Of a stretch of DNA of 64,000 nucleotides, positions 1 to 11,204 are shown in pieces; positions within the stretch are counted from its first letter, which is position 1, and each line of letters begins with the position of its first letter. The stretch spans positions 22,878,001 to 22,942,000 of the forward strand of contig NC_043008.1 in NCBI RefSeq assembly GCF_006345805.1. The letters run 5' to 3'. The position numbers and the translations under genes were made by a program. This DNA is from Octopus sinensis. Its lineage: Eukaryota. Below the pieces are notes generated by a model. That model did no database searches. It saw only the letters and a list, made by a program, of their open reading frames with translations, and was not told the DNA's origin.

Positions 1-266
1 GGGGGGGGGGTGTTACTGTAGCTTTTTACGTTCAGAGATTTAATAATAAATTTTTAGAGAGTTACTTCCCTTATTAAAAATGGGAAAAATTGATAGTAAA
101 TTTTTTTTTAAATCATAGACGCGCGCTAATACCCAGAAGGGATCGATATGAATCACGACTATAAGATACCCGGTTTTGGTTAAACTGCACCGCAAAATGT
201 GGGAGTAGTTAGGAATCTAAACCGTAGGAGACAGACAGCACACAACCTCACTTTTATATATAAAGA
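1..266 (-). mobile_element. Non-autonomous Helitron-like element, 5' portion (3' end missing or outside the window)
   Basis: Shares aatcacgactataagatacccgg...ttttatatataaagat with the complete copies at 31815 and 54286. The minus strand begins A|TC. Confidence 0.7.
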
Positions 267-364
267 TTTCATTTTTCCCATGCCATTGTAATAGACAGTG
301 ATTTATCTTCAGAATTAATATTACAACTGCTGTACTAATGTTGGCTTTAGAAGTGTACCTACTA

Positions 365-574
365 TGAGGAAAGCTGAAAAGTTCTTGGCTTTAAGGGTAT
401 CACAAAAGGCCTGGCTAGCGGTCCAACTTTCCAAGTTCTTTTACAGGGCTTGCGAAAACCGAGGGACCGCTGCAATGAGTGCGTGAAGGGGTACATGTTG
501 AATAAAATCATAATTAACTCATCCTCCTATATTTTCTTTAACCCTGAAACCAGGAACTTTTCAGTATCCCCTGA
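365..574 (+). mobile_element. Mariner-derived MITE (deletion derivative)
   Basis: Imperfect TIRs tgaggaaagctgaaaagttcttgg / ccaggaacttttcagtatcccctga flanked by TA. The interior keeps an RCNECV...YVE*-like transposase C-terminus with an indel. Confidence 0.6.
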
Positions 575-1888
575 TATAAGACCAACATGAGAGAAATTGG
601 ATGGTCAATTTTTATCATGAAAAGAACTGTATCATAAACAAGCACACAAACAGAAATAGCATTCAACTAGTATTTTTAGAGGTTGATGTACCTGAAGGGC
701 AAAGATGCGGGGAGTTTCACAGTACTGCATTTCAAAGGATAAAAGTTGGGAAAAATTCTGAGAAAGAGAACAGGAAGGAATTGCAAAAATTGAAGTAGAT
801 GATTCAAGTGTGCTTGAGTTGAGGTACCAGTTTAGGAGAACAGGAAGGGTTGTGGTAAAGGTTACAAAGCAGTTAAGGAGAAAGAGAAATTGTATTTATA
901 GAGGAAGTGGGCGGGAGGGGTGGGGAGAACACACCGAATCAATGAAACAATGATGGGATGGGGCTAAAATCTAGTCTAAAATGAGAACCACAGTTTCACA
1001 ACTTGGAAGATAGACTGTCAAATCTGCTGTTGTCGTTTCACCTCAATTCATCCATCATCAATCAAACATAAAATCAAAAGCAATCAAGATATAAACATAG
1101 TCAGAAGATATAAACATAGATATAAACATAGTCAGAAGATATAAACATAGTCAGAAACATTGTATCCTGGACTACGTTATTTAAGATAGTAGTGTGTAGT
1201 TAGAGGGAAATTTGGCTGCTATTCTTAGCAGGCAAGTTGAGCATCATAATGGTGTTGAATCTATTTAATAGTCACTTTTTTGTTTTGACAAGTTATGCAT
1301 AGGCAGTATAGTCCAACCTAAGAGTTTCAGGAAACTAACATTGCTCAACAGTTTTGCTAACTTATCACATGATCTCATTATCTTGGGTTTTTAATCCAAG
1401 ACATTCTCCCCGGCAACACTAAGTATGTTTACAAACAGAAACTATATAAACGAATATAGTTTAAAGAGTCAGATAATGGAAAGTAGAGAAAGACAATGTT
1501 TGTCTTTGAATGACAAGGAATGTGTGGGCTCTAACAGCCAGCCACTATAGCAACAGCTTTTTAATTAAGCTTCAGGACTAATTAAAAAGAAGAGGTAGAG
1601 AATACAGTAATACTGTAAGAGTTGGTTGAATGTGTACCAACTTAATCTATAAAATGAGAACACTAGAAGCATAGAATCTCTAATATTATATGCAAGCACA
1701 AAGCTGATTAAAAACTCTGATTTGCAATGTGGCTTCTACTGCAACTTAAAGCCGACCAAAACTTCATGAGTGGAATTTGCTTGATGGAAGCTATGTTGAA
1801 ATCCAGTTCATATTTTTTTTGTTTTTTCTCTCTCTAGTTTCAGCTCAGAGCTGCGGCCATGCTGATGCACCGCCTTTGAAACGGCTTA

Positions 1889-1980
1889 CGCCCGCAGAGG
1901 GACTCGAACCCACGACCCTCAGATTACTTCTAAGGTTGACCTATAAAAGTCTGATGCTCTTCCGACTGAGTTATCCGGGC
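1889..1980 (-). tRNA. tRNA-Lys-TTT: tRNA-Lys(UUU) with 19-nt intron (1925-1943); possibly a pseudogene
   Basis: Reverse complement reads GCCCGGATAACTCAGTCGGAAGAGCATCAGACTTTTA[TAGGTCAACCTTAGAAGTA]ATCTGAGGGTCGTGGGTTCGAGTCCCTCTGCGGGCG (73+19 nt). The intron follows base 37. There are three stem mismatches and no T4 terminator. Confidence 0.85.
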
Positions 1981-2014
1981 GAACATATGTATATATTTAC
2001 ATACATAATTCGTA

Positions 2015-2262
2015 TTTTTTCCATCCAAATGATTTCGAAGACTGCAGAATACATGATAATCAGATGGAGCAATGTCCAGCGAATATGGTGGGTGGAGCAT
2101 TGTTTCTCATTCAAACTGCTCCAGCCCTTGGAATGTCATCCTCAATGTATGTGGCCAAGCATTATCCTGATGGAAGAACAACTTTCGTCTTGAAATCAAA
2201 GATGGTCATTTTTCTTCTGGCACTGACTTAAGCCGCTCACAATAGATCTCCTTTGCTATTGT
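2015..2262 (-). pseudogene. Mariner transposase fragment
   Basis: Minus translation FFHQDNAWPHT...HPPYSLDIAPSDYHVF carries the second and third catalytic-Asp motifs, with stops. Confidence 0.8.
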
Positions 2263-3190
2263 TTCATTTCGGTTTATACATGCACACACACATACACACA
2301 AACGATATGAGGTTCTTGACAAGACCTGCCCTCGTCAGTGAAACTGAGTTCTAGAAGTGCTGTGTGTCCCACCTACACTTAGCAAGAAAACTTCTCACAC
2401 ACCCTATCACAACAAACCAAACTACATCTCTTTCTCACATTTCCACTTCATGCACTATGCTCACCTCCCACTCCCCAATCCTGCTCCCTTGGCCCTGTCT
2501 CACTGTATCATTACTATCTGCTAGCCCCCTTTTCACACACCTTACCACCAACAAACCAATCTACAACTATAAATCTCTGCTCTTTCTCATATTTCTTCCT
2601 TCATACAATACGCCTACCTCTCACACCCTAATCCTGTCATCCGGCTCTGTTTCTCTGTATCATTGCTATCCGGTAGCCCTACCATACTGTATCTACCTGG
2701 GTTTTCACCACTCACCTACCACTTTCCAATCGCATTTCTTTTGCAATTTCCTGCCATTTTAATATGATGTTCGAATCTCAAGAGTTCTCTCTCTCTCCCC
2801 AGCCAGGTAACCTTGTACCTCCTCTACAGCAAGACACCTGTTCCTGTCTCTCTGTCTCATTAGAACCTTTCATCATCTGACACAGGATTGCCTCCTCTAA
2901 TGCCCCCTCTCCTCTAAAAAGATTATTTTGTCTTATAAGGGAGATTTTTATCCTTATATTCTATTATGAATTAATAAATAAATTTAAATAAAATAATTTA
3001 ATTATTTTTACTCCTGACCGGAATAGAAACTGCTTGACTATTCTTATAATATACATGCTGGCTGCCGTGAGTGGATTTAAAATTGACTTTTCTTGGAACG
3101 ATACATGCAAATATTTGTATGTAGACATGTGAACCTGCTTTAAACGGTATTTTGGATGGTACAGTTATTTGGGCTTATATTTCCCTGTGT

Positions 3191-3581
3191 GGATGGATGG
3201 AAGCACTCCGTCGGTTACGACGACGAGGGTTCCAGTTGATCCGATCAACGGAACAGCCTGCTCGTGAAACTAACGTGTAAGTGGCTGAGCACTCCACAGA
3301 CACGTGTACCCTTAACATAGTTCTCGGGGATATTCAGCGTGACACAGAGAGTGGACAAGGCCGGCCCTTTGAAATACAGGTACAACAGAAACAGGAAGTA
3401 AGAGTGAGAGAAAGTTGTGGTGAAAGAGTACGGCAGGGATCACCACCATCCCTGCCGGAGCCTCGTGGAGCTTTAGGTGTTTTCGCTCAATAAACACTCA
3501 TAACGCCCGGTCTGGGAATCGAAACTGCGATCATACGACAGCGACTCCGCTGCCCTAACCACTGGGCCATTGCGCCTCCAC
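3191..3581 (-). mobile_element. tRNA-derived SINE family B, full length
   Basis: Minus-strand head gtggaggcgcaatggcccagtgg...ttcgattcc. TSD of about 12 bp: atttccctgtgt/atttccccgtgt. Confidence 0.85.
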
Positions 3582-3789
3582 ACATTTCCCCGTGTATTGT
3601 GTTGATGAAGAAAGAAAGCTTATTTTTTGTTTTAATCCAGAAATTGGAACCAATTCACAATTAACATGAGATCTTTTTAATTTTCTTTTACTAGCCCACT
3701 TTCAGCTGTGTATATTTATCTGGAGTTTTTGAAGGTATCAGCACCTCAAACATGCTGGAGATAGGTCATTTTCGCGCTTACACCCTTAA

Positions 3790-4010
3790 CCCTTTCGTTA
3801 CTGTATTTATTTTGAGATGCTCTGTGTTTCTTTCAATCATTTTTAAAATAACAAAGAATTTAGTAAAATAACTTCATTATCATTAAGCTAGTGTTAGGAA
3901 AATAAATTTTAACTAAGATTTGGTGGAAGATTTGAATTCAAAAATTATGAAAACAAGACATTTATACTAAAGAGCCAGAGCCGGTTTCAGCCGGGTTGGT
4001 AACGAAAGGG
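3790..4010. mobile_element. piggyBac-type MITE, 221 bp
   Basis: TTAA|ccctttcgttac...gtaacgaaaggg|TTAA. A second copy lies inverted at 10699. Confidence 0.85.
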
Positions 4011-5584
4011 TTAATATAATTATATAATATATAATTCAAGTAATGAGGATTTTTCCTTGTAAGGGATTATTTATAACAATCTGGATACCAACTTGTGTTA
4101 TTAAATATATTAAAAGAAAGTTCCATGATATATATATGTGTAAACAGTCCAATAATGTGTAAAGTTAATAAAAGAAAATGAAAAAAATATATTGGATACT
4201 TGGTTAAATTTATTTGTATCACGATGAAAAAGTAATACATATAAAATTCAGGATATAAGGGGACCGGATCAACAAAAGAAATACTCAAAAAAAACCAAAA
4301 AAATCCTACACATGTTTCAATCCAGCTTTAGGTTTGAATTATCAGCATTCAGGTTATTTTAGATGTAAAAGATCACATTTGGTCGGATATCTTCTGGGAT
4401 AGACGTGTACTTTCAGGTGTGGAACAATGAAATAAACTAAGGTGAGGACCGTGTTTTCAAATATTCAAACGTAAACAATAATTTACTAGGACACCAAGTT
4501 CATGTGAGGAGATATTATACATTGAAATACGCATAAGTGAACTGGTTACACCCCTGGCATAGGCCACAAGGTTTATGGTCTCGCTTGGCTTGCCGGGTCT
4601 TTTCATACTATAATGTATTTGAAAAATATGTATATAAGGAATTAAGGGACATAAATAAGCCATTTAATTATATGGGATGTTATGGGTTGTTAAGGGTATT
4701 AAAGACAATGAGAGATGTAATAGATTTTTGAGGGGAAAAAAACCCAAATGATTTGGGGAAATAAAAGAGGAAAATAACTGTATATATACTATAATAACTA
4801 TTAATTATTTATCATTTCTATGTAGTAACATGCATTCCAATATTCAGAGAAAAGTTATTGTTTACATACTACAGAGATGAATATCAATGTTTATGTGAAA
4901 AAAATCATAAGTGTACAGAGAGAAAAAGTGGATTTTAAGAGGGGGGAAAAATAACAAAAAGCGACAAAATGATGTTGATGATAGAATCTTTCGAGAATTC
5001 TATGATGTTGATGATAGAATCTTTCTTGAGATAAGAAATGTATATTAAAAAAGGTGTAGTTTTAAAACAGATATTCAGTGATGGTGATAATGATGATGAT
5101 GACAATCTTTCTTGAGATAAGAACTGGATATTAAAAAAAAAGTGTGGTTTTAAACAGCATTCACTAGCTGTTGCATAGTTCAAGGAGTGATCATGTCTAG
5201 GCAAGTGACGTTTGCTGAATGCAATGCTGAATGTAAATAAATCCAGAGTTAGATGACGCAGTGAAATGACATTTTGTTCTTTAGAGTATAATTCTGTTCA
5301 CGTCTAGGATGCTTTATAGGAATATCAAATTAAATTGTCAGGGCTGTAATTGAATACTAAAAGTTTTTTAACTGACATTCCATCCGTTCTGCCAATCCAT
5401 TGGCTTTAAGAAAACTTTACAAACTTTAAAGGGTAAAATGGAGTTATGGGATTAACAAAATGATGGGTCTGCAAAAAGGAGCAATGACCTTGGCTTTTTA
5501 TGGGTCCTCTGCTACTGGTTAGATTAATGCTATTAACACTCCTCTTGATCTTTGTAAGTCAATATGTGTAAAAAAAGATATATA

Positions 5585-5816
5585 TATTTCTTTACTACCC
5601 ACAAGGGGCTAAACACAGAGGGGACAAACAAGGACAGACAAAGGGATTAAGTCGATTACATCGACCCCAGTACGTAACTGGTACCTAATTCATCGTCCCC
5701 GAAAGGATGAAAGGCAAAGTCGACCTCAGCGGAATTTGAACTCGGAACGTAATGACAGACGAAATACGGCTACGCATTTCGCCCAGTGTGCTAACGTTTC
5801 TCCCAGATCGTCGCCT
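5585..5816 (-). mobile_element. SINE family D
   Basis: ctttactacccacaagggg...gtcgacctc...tcgcct, flanked by a ~20-bp TSD tatgtgtaaaaaa(a)gatata. Confidence 0.85.
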
Positions 5817-5835
5817 TATGTGTAAAAAAGATATA

Positions 5836-6005
5836 TAGGCACAGGTGTGGCTATATGGTAAGAAGTTTGCTTCCCGACCACATGGCTCTGGGTCCAGTCC
5901 CACTATGTGGCCCCATGGGCAAGTGTCTTCTACTATAGCTTCGGGTCAACCAAAGCCTTGTGAGTGGATTTGGTCGAAGGAAACTGAAAGAAGTCCATCA
6001 TATAT
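5836..6005 (+). mobile_element. SINE family A, 5' half
   Basis: aggcacaggtgtggct...gcaagtgtcttctactatagc...gaaactgaaagaag. Confidence 0.75.
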
Positions 6006-6294
6006 ATATATATAGTTGAAAAAAGATTAGAGATATGTACAAATCAAATTTTTATATATAATAGATGGAGGTGGAAATAGCACAGAAGTAAGTCAAAGAC
6101 ATTTCAATTTAAGAGGGATTTTAAGGAAAATAATTTAAAAATTATATTGGTGGTATTTTAACGCAGAAGCTGTAAGAAAAACTGCAAATCACTTTGTCCA
6201 GTTTGCTAATTAACGATTCTCTTGACTCACTGATTTATTTACATATATCTTAAAGCAATTTAGAATACCTAAAACATGTATAATATAGATATTC

Positions 6295-6618
6295 ATGGCA
6301 TTAATGGCACGCAAAAAGCACCATCCGAACGTGGCTGATCCCAGCGCTGCCTGACTGGCGTCTGTGTTGGTGACACGTAAAAAGCACCAACCGATCATAG
6401 CTGTTTGCCAGCCTCCTCTGGCCCCTGTGCTGGTAGCAAATAAAAAGCACCCACTACACTCACGGAGTGGTTGGCGTTAGGAAGGGCATCCAGCTGTAGA
6501 AACACTGCCAGATCAGACTGGAGCTTGGCGCAGCCTCCTGGCTTCCCAAACCCCGGTCGAACCGTCCAACCCATGCTAGCATGGAAAACGGACATTAAAC
6601 GATGATGACGATGATGAT
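6295..6618 (+). mobile_element. Family C (RTE 3'-end-derived repeat)
   Basis: aaaaagcacc subunits, then ggttggcgttaggaagggcatccagc, then a (GAT)n tail. Confidence 0.8.
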
Positions 6619-6789
6619 GAATATCTCTTTGAATTGCAGCTATGCTGTGGTCTTGATATCACAATAATTAATTTGTACTAATGCTAAGCTTGACAACAAA
6701 ATTATTTCAAAATGCAGGTGGATGAACTTTAAATCTCCAAACACAAAAAATCATCAAAACGGTTGTTAGAGATGTGTAAATATTAGATG

Positions 6790-6980
6790 TACACCAACAT
6801 CGATTACCAATTTATCAACGATTGGTTGTCCCAGGATCTAAAGTGGTTGTGAATGAGTGGAGAGCATATAATGTATAGGTGGTACTTAATTATCATCGTG
6901 CTAATGCTTCTCATAACTTTAATGGCACACAACTACGTATGATAAAAATTAACGCCTTCTGGCAATTGTTTAATAAGCCA
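6790..6980 (+). pseudogene. Degenerate Merlin/ISXO2-like transposase relic
   Basis: RLPIYQRLVVPGSKVVVNEWRAYN...HRANASHNF...INAFW resembles LLPII..V.PGS.I.TDEWRAY..H..VNHS.NF...IE..W. Confidence 0.5.
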
Positions 6981-7198
6981 TACAAAGAGTCCGAGGCAGC
7001 CAGAGTCAATAAAGGAAGTTCCACATAGATTAATGCTTATATAAGGTAATGGTTTGTTTTTCCACAGAAACGCCATGACATATTTCTATCCAACACTAAC
7101 AATTTTTCCAGTTCACAGAGTGCGTGTGTGTGTGTATGTGTGTATACACATATGGTTGGGAAATAAGCTTCTTACCAAAGCTGTGTGTGTGTATGTAT

Positions 7199-7422
7199 AT
7201 CATCATCATCATCATCATCATCATCGTTTAATGTCCGCTTTCCATGCTAGCATGGGTTGGACGATTTGACTGAGGTCTGGTGAACCAGATTGCTGCACCA
7301 GGCTCCAATCTTGATCTGGCAGAGTTTCTACAGCTGGATGCCCTTCCTAACACCAACCACTCCGAGAGTGTAGTGGGTGCTTTTACGTGCCACTGGCACG
7401 GGGGCCAGTCAGGCGGTACTGG
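7199..7422 (-). mobile_element. Family C copy
   Basis: (CAT)n then cgtttaatgtccgctttccatgctagc...ggatgcccttccta. Confidence 0.8.
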
Positions 7423-7694
7423 CAAATATATATATATATCTTTAAGTTTATCTCAACAGATTTTCTATAGATTTTCTTAGAGACAGCATTGAAAGTTAAA
7501 GACATTTTGTATAGGAATATGTCTATGTAAACAACGGGATTGAAAACAGAAAAATAGGTATTGGAAGTATGTTTTGGGAGTTATTGTTCCTTCTCCAGCA
7601 CCACACCCCCACCCATTAACCATCCATGAACACATTGCTTAAATACTAAGTTTAGCTGTGCAACATTACTGGATAGAGCAATTTCCATATTAAA

Positions 7695-8020
7695 CATCAT
7701 CATCACCATTGTTTAACATCCGTTTTCTATGCTAGCATGGGTTGGACGGTTCAACTGGGGTCTGAGAAGCCAGGAGTCTGCACCAGGCTCCAGTCTGATC
7801 TGGCAGTGTTTCTACAGCTGGATGCCCTTCCTAACGCCAACCACTCCGTGAGTGTCGTGGGTGCTTCTTACGTGCCACCGGCACAGGGGCCAGAGGAGGC
7901 TGGCAAACAGCCACGATCGGTCGGTGCTTTTTACATGTCACCGACACGGACGCCAGTCAGGCGGCGCTGGCATCAGCCACATTCAGATGGTGCTTTTTAC
8001 ATGCCACCGGCACGGGTATC
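7695..8020 (-). mobile_element. Family C copy with about 3 subunits
   Basis: Same core plus tandem ggtgctttttacgtgccacc units. Confidence 0.8.
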
Positions 8021-8469
8021 TTAACTACTTTGCAACAAATACATACAGATAAATTGTCCCCTTTTTGCAACCATAATATACTATGGTTTCTATGGCACCA
8101 TTTTGTCCTAATCTGTGTTAACAGTGTGACACAATCACTTTAAAGTTTGTCTCTCCAGATTTTCTACAGAATTTAGAGCATGAGTGCTTTTAACATAGTA
8201 GTGGCATAGGACTGTTTCTGACCATTAATGACTTGTGGTATTTCATTATGCAACCATAATATACTTTATAGTATATTAAATGTTTTCTTGAGTCAACACC
8301 ATGTTCTACTGTGTTAGCAGTGCTCTTTAGATTATTTTAAGGTTATTTCTACAGAAATTATAGCCAGCACTGATGACATCTCAATACAAAACATTGTAGC
8401 AAAAAATCAGTAGGGTTATTTCTGTAGAAATAACCCTAACAAAATAATGTTGCTGACCAATCCCCTTAA

Positions 8470-8640
8470 CACTCCTGCTGTAGGCAAGGGATCTTCTTGA
8501 GTACAGCAAGGCATCAGATATCTTGGTACTTCGTCCTCTTCTCCATAAAGTTTAGTGTCTGAGGTTGTCCTTCAGTATTTTGTCCTATGTCTTCATGCTT
8601 TCCTTTTTCCACGAGTTCCCTCCACTTTGAGAGATTGACA
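8470..8640 (-). mobile_element. RTE LINE fragment (ORF end)
   Basis: Reverse complement matches 11636-11790 (aaagtggagggaactc...gaaggacaacctca...gtactcaagaagatccct). Confidence 0.65.
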
Positions 8641-8698
8641 CTCCCTTCTGGAGATTATTTACATTTGACAGATATTTGTCCTTACCTTGTTTGTTGTT

Positions 8699-8744
8699 AA
8701 CACAATGTTTCAGCTGATATACCCTCCAGCCTTCATCAGGTGTC
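8699..8744 (-). ncRNA. Minimal type-I hammerhead ribozyme-like motif (decayed)
   Basis: GACAC-CUGAUGA-AGGCUG..CAGCU-GAAA-CAUU-GUGUU. Stem I is gacac/gtgtt. It sits in a Penelope 3' region. Confidence 0.6.
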
Positions 8745-8815
8745 TTGGGGAAATATTGAACCTGGGTTCTCATTCCTAAGGTATTTTTCGATGCTATTAT
8801 TATTATTATTATTCA

Positions 8816-8887
8816 GGTCACTGCCTGGAATCGAACTCGGAATCTTGAGGTTAGTAGCCCACGCTCTTAACCACTACACTACATGCC
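8816..8887 (-). other. tRNA-Arg-like Pol III head (A box TAGTGTAGTGG, B box GAGTTCGATTCC)
   Basis: aagattccgagttcgattccagg resembles the tRNA-Arg(ACG) T-arm region. The cloverleaf is imperfect. Confidence 0.6.
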
Positions 8888-9535
8888 TATGGGCAATTAT
8901 GGAGTGAATTTTTAGGGCTTATAAATCTAATATTCTCCTATCCTTCCTTATTACCAGTTCCCATATACTGCCCATATCTGCACTCAGTCAGCTTAGGAGG
9001 TTGTTGTGTCCTAGCATATGTGCTGCTTCTTTTAGTTTTTGTATTTTCCAGTGGTGTTCTCTGTATATTATTTTAACTTCATCCCACAGGGGGAAGTGGT
9101 CTCTATTTTTCCATACATGATCAGCTACACCCGATTTATCAATATCTCCTTGTGTCACAGCTTTGTGATGTTCCTCTACCCTTATTTTGATGGGGCGGGA
9201 TGTTTCGCCTTTGTATAACCTGCCACAGCTGCATGGGATGGAGTACACACAGTTTTTGGTCATATTCTCTTCTATTGGTGGTTTTATCCGAAGGAGATGA
9301 GGACAAATATCCATCAAATGTAAATAATGAACATAATTCCTCATCTCTTAAATAAAGAATTGTATTCCTTCCGGAGAATTTGGAACTTACAATACAGTAC
9401 TGACTCATAAACCTTTCGTAGTTTAGTGGTGGTATATTATGAGAGCAAAACGAAATCTGGTGTCCCTACATACACATACATACATACACACACATACACA
9501 GATGGATGTTAAATGATGATGATGATGATGATGAT

Positions 9536-9755
9536 GTAACCCCTCGACTATCACTGCTGTTATGTTCCAAAACCCTCTGCTATAGGTGAAAATCCATGAA
9601 GTAGAAACAGTACTGTACTGTATATTTTTCTTAATGTTTCTATAATTTGTATATATTCATTTTATTATAAATGCAAAATGATACAATGGAGGAAGAAATG
9701 ATGTAAGCTTAAATAAATTGTGATAGGTAAACCACAATATGGCGAGGGATCACTG
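9536..9755. mobile_element. pogo/Tigger-like MITE
   Basis: Partial TIRs gtaacccctcg / cgagggatcactg|TA. Confidence 0.5.
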
Positions 9756-9786
9756 TATCTATGTATAGTAATCCATATTATATATA

Positions 9787-10322
9787 CAGGGTGTCCCAAA
9801 AAAATGTATACACACCTTAAATAATTGTAAATTTGGGGTTTATTATAATTCGAATAATTTTCAACATGTAAAAGAATTTACAAATATCATTCTATTGTCT
9901 TGTTATCGCATGTCCTCAAACTGATGTCCGTTCTGCTCCTGACACTGCTGACAACGCGAAGCAATGGAATGGCACACATCATGGAACAATTCCCTTGGGA
10001 TATTCGTACATTCATGTTCAATGGTTGCCCTCAATTGAACGACTGTTGTGGGTTTCTGTGCGTAGACTTTGTCCTTTAGGTATCCCCATAAAAAGAAGTC
10101 AAGTGGTGTGAGGTCTGGTGAATGTGGAGGGTATTCGACAAAACCTCTCCGTCCAATCCACCTGTTTGGCAAGATCCCATCAAGAAAGGATCTAACATCG
10201 CGATGGTAGTGTGGAGATGCCCCATCTTGCTAGAAATAAAACTCTTCCTGTTCAAAGTCCTCTCTAATGCTTGGCATGACAGACTGTTGCAGCAAGTGTA
10301 TACATTTTTTTGGGACACCCTG
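9787..10322 (-). mobile_element. Tc1/mariner internal-deletion derivative, 536 bp
   Basis: Perfect 27-bp TIRs cagggtgtcccaaaaaaatgtatacac with TA flanks. Translation F*QDGASPH...WIGR..EYPPHSPDLTPLDFFLWGYLKDKVY. Confidence 0.92.
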
Positions 10323-10400
10323 TATATATATAATGAATTTTTTGCGTAATGAAATAAAAAACCAAGGGTGTATAGAAATTAGAGCATTTATAGATAGCAG

Positions 10401-10452
10401 GTCTTACAGCTGTTTCTAGGATATTAATTAATAATATCCCTTCATCGGAGAC
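10401..10452 (-). ncRNA. Minimal type-I hammerhead ribozyme-like motif
   Basis: GUCU-CCGAUGA-A-GGGAUAUU/AAUAUCCU-A-GAA-ACAGCUGU-A-AGAC. Stem III is palindromic, the triplet is GUA, and U4 is replaced by C. Confidence 0.65.
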
Positions 10453-10698
10453 GGTGTGAGAGGAAAAGTTAAGTCATAGTTAGTTTCAATGTGATACAAA
10501 TAGAGAGTTAGGTGGAGGAAAGAAAATAGATGTAAGATATGTATGGGTATTGAATCTGTAAATCCGTTTATAGGCATAATGGTATATAAATATATGTGTA
10601 ATATTCCAATATCCTTTGAGTAAAATCCAAAAGTCCAACAGAGTTTAATATGAGTCCATCCAGATGCAGAGTTTATAAGCAATGTAAGATTCTCTTAA

Positions 10699-10919
10699 CC
10701 CTTTTGTTACCAACCCAGCTGAAACTAGCTCTGGCTCTGTTGTACAAATGTCTTGTTTTCATAAGTTTTGAATTAAAATCTTCCACTAAACCTTAGTCAC
10801 AATTTATGTTCCTAACACTAGCTGAATGATAACTAGTTATTTTACTAAATTCTTTGTTATATTTAAAATTAATTGAAAGAAACACAGAGCATCTCAAAAT
10901 AAATACAGTAACGAAAGGG
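10699..10919. mobile_element. piggyBac-type MITE, inverted copy of 3790-4010
   Basis: TTAA|cccttttgttac...gtaacgaaaggg|TTAA, 221 bp. Confidence 0.85.
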
Positions 10920-11204
10920 TTAAAGTTGGTCATTCCCAGTAGGGAATTTATATAGTGTAGCAGATTCAAGGTTTGTATTTAAACTGACCTAGAAATAGGG
11001 AGTGTATTAGTACAGTCAAATTGAAAACAGGAAGAGAGGAATGACAAAAAAAGGGGGGAGGGGAGAAAGAAAGAATTAAAGAGAAACACAAGAGGTGCAG
11101 TGGAATAACTGGAAGGTTATCAGAGAAAGTAGTGTTTGTTTGTGGAAGATGCACAGGAACCATAAAAACTACAGATACTTAGGGAGCTGACTTTCTCTAA
11201 TGCC

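Larger units (their letters stand above)
8655..9345 (-). mobile_element. Penelope-like element 3' part: GIY-YIG endonuclease relic plus 3' region
   Basis: ORF 8988-9344 reads CVYSIPCSCGRLYKGETSRPIKIRVEEH...SGVADH...LKEAAH. Downstream lie a tRNA-like head and a hammerhead-like motif. Confidence 0.85.

Noticed and set aside
3500-3581. tRNA-like heads of SINEs B, D and A as tRNA genes
   Set aside because: The cloverleaves are imperfect, and they are fused to SINE bodies with TSDs.
4305-4350. Further hammerhead-like remnants (also near 29800 and 34445)
   Set aside because: The core is mutated or collapsed and the stems cannot be drawn convincingly.
8411-8438. 13-bp-arm hairpin; also tandem CACGTG 13-mers near 50065-50100
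   Set aside because: They are short and isolated, explainable by local duplication, and have no supporting context.
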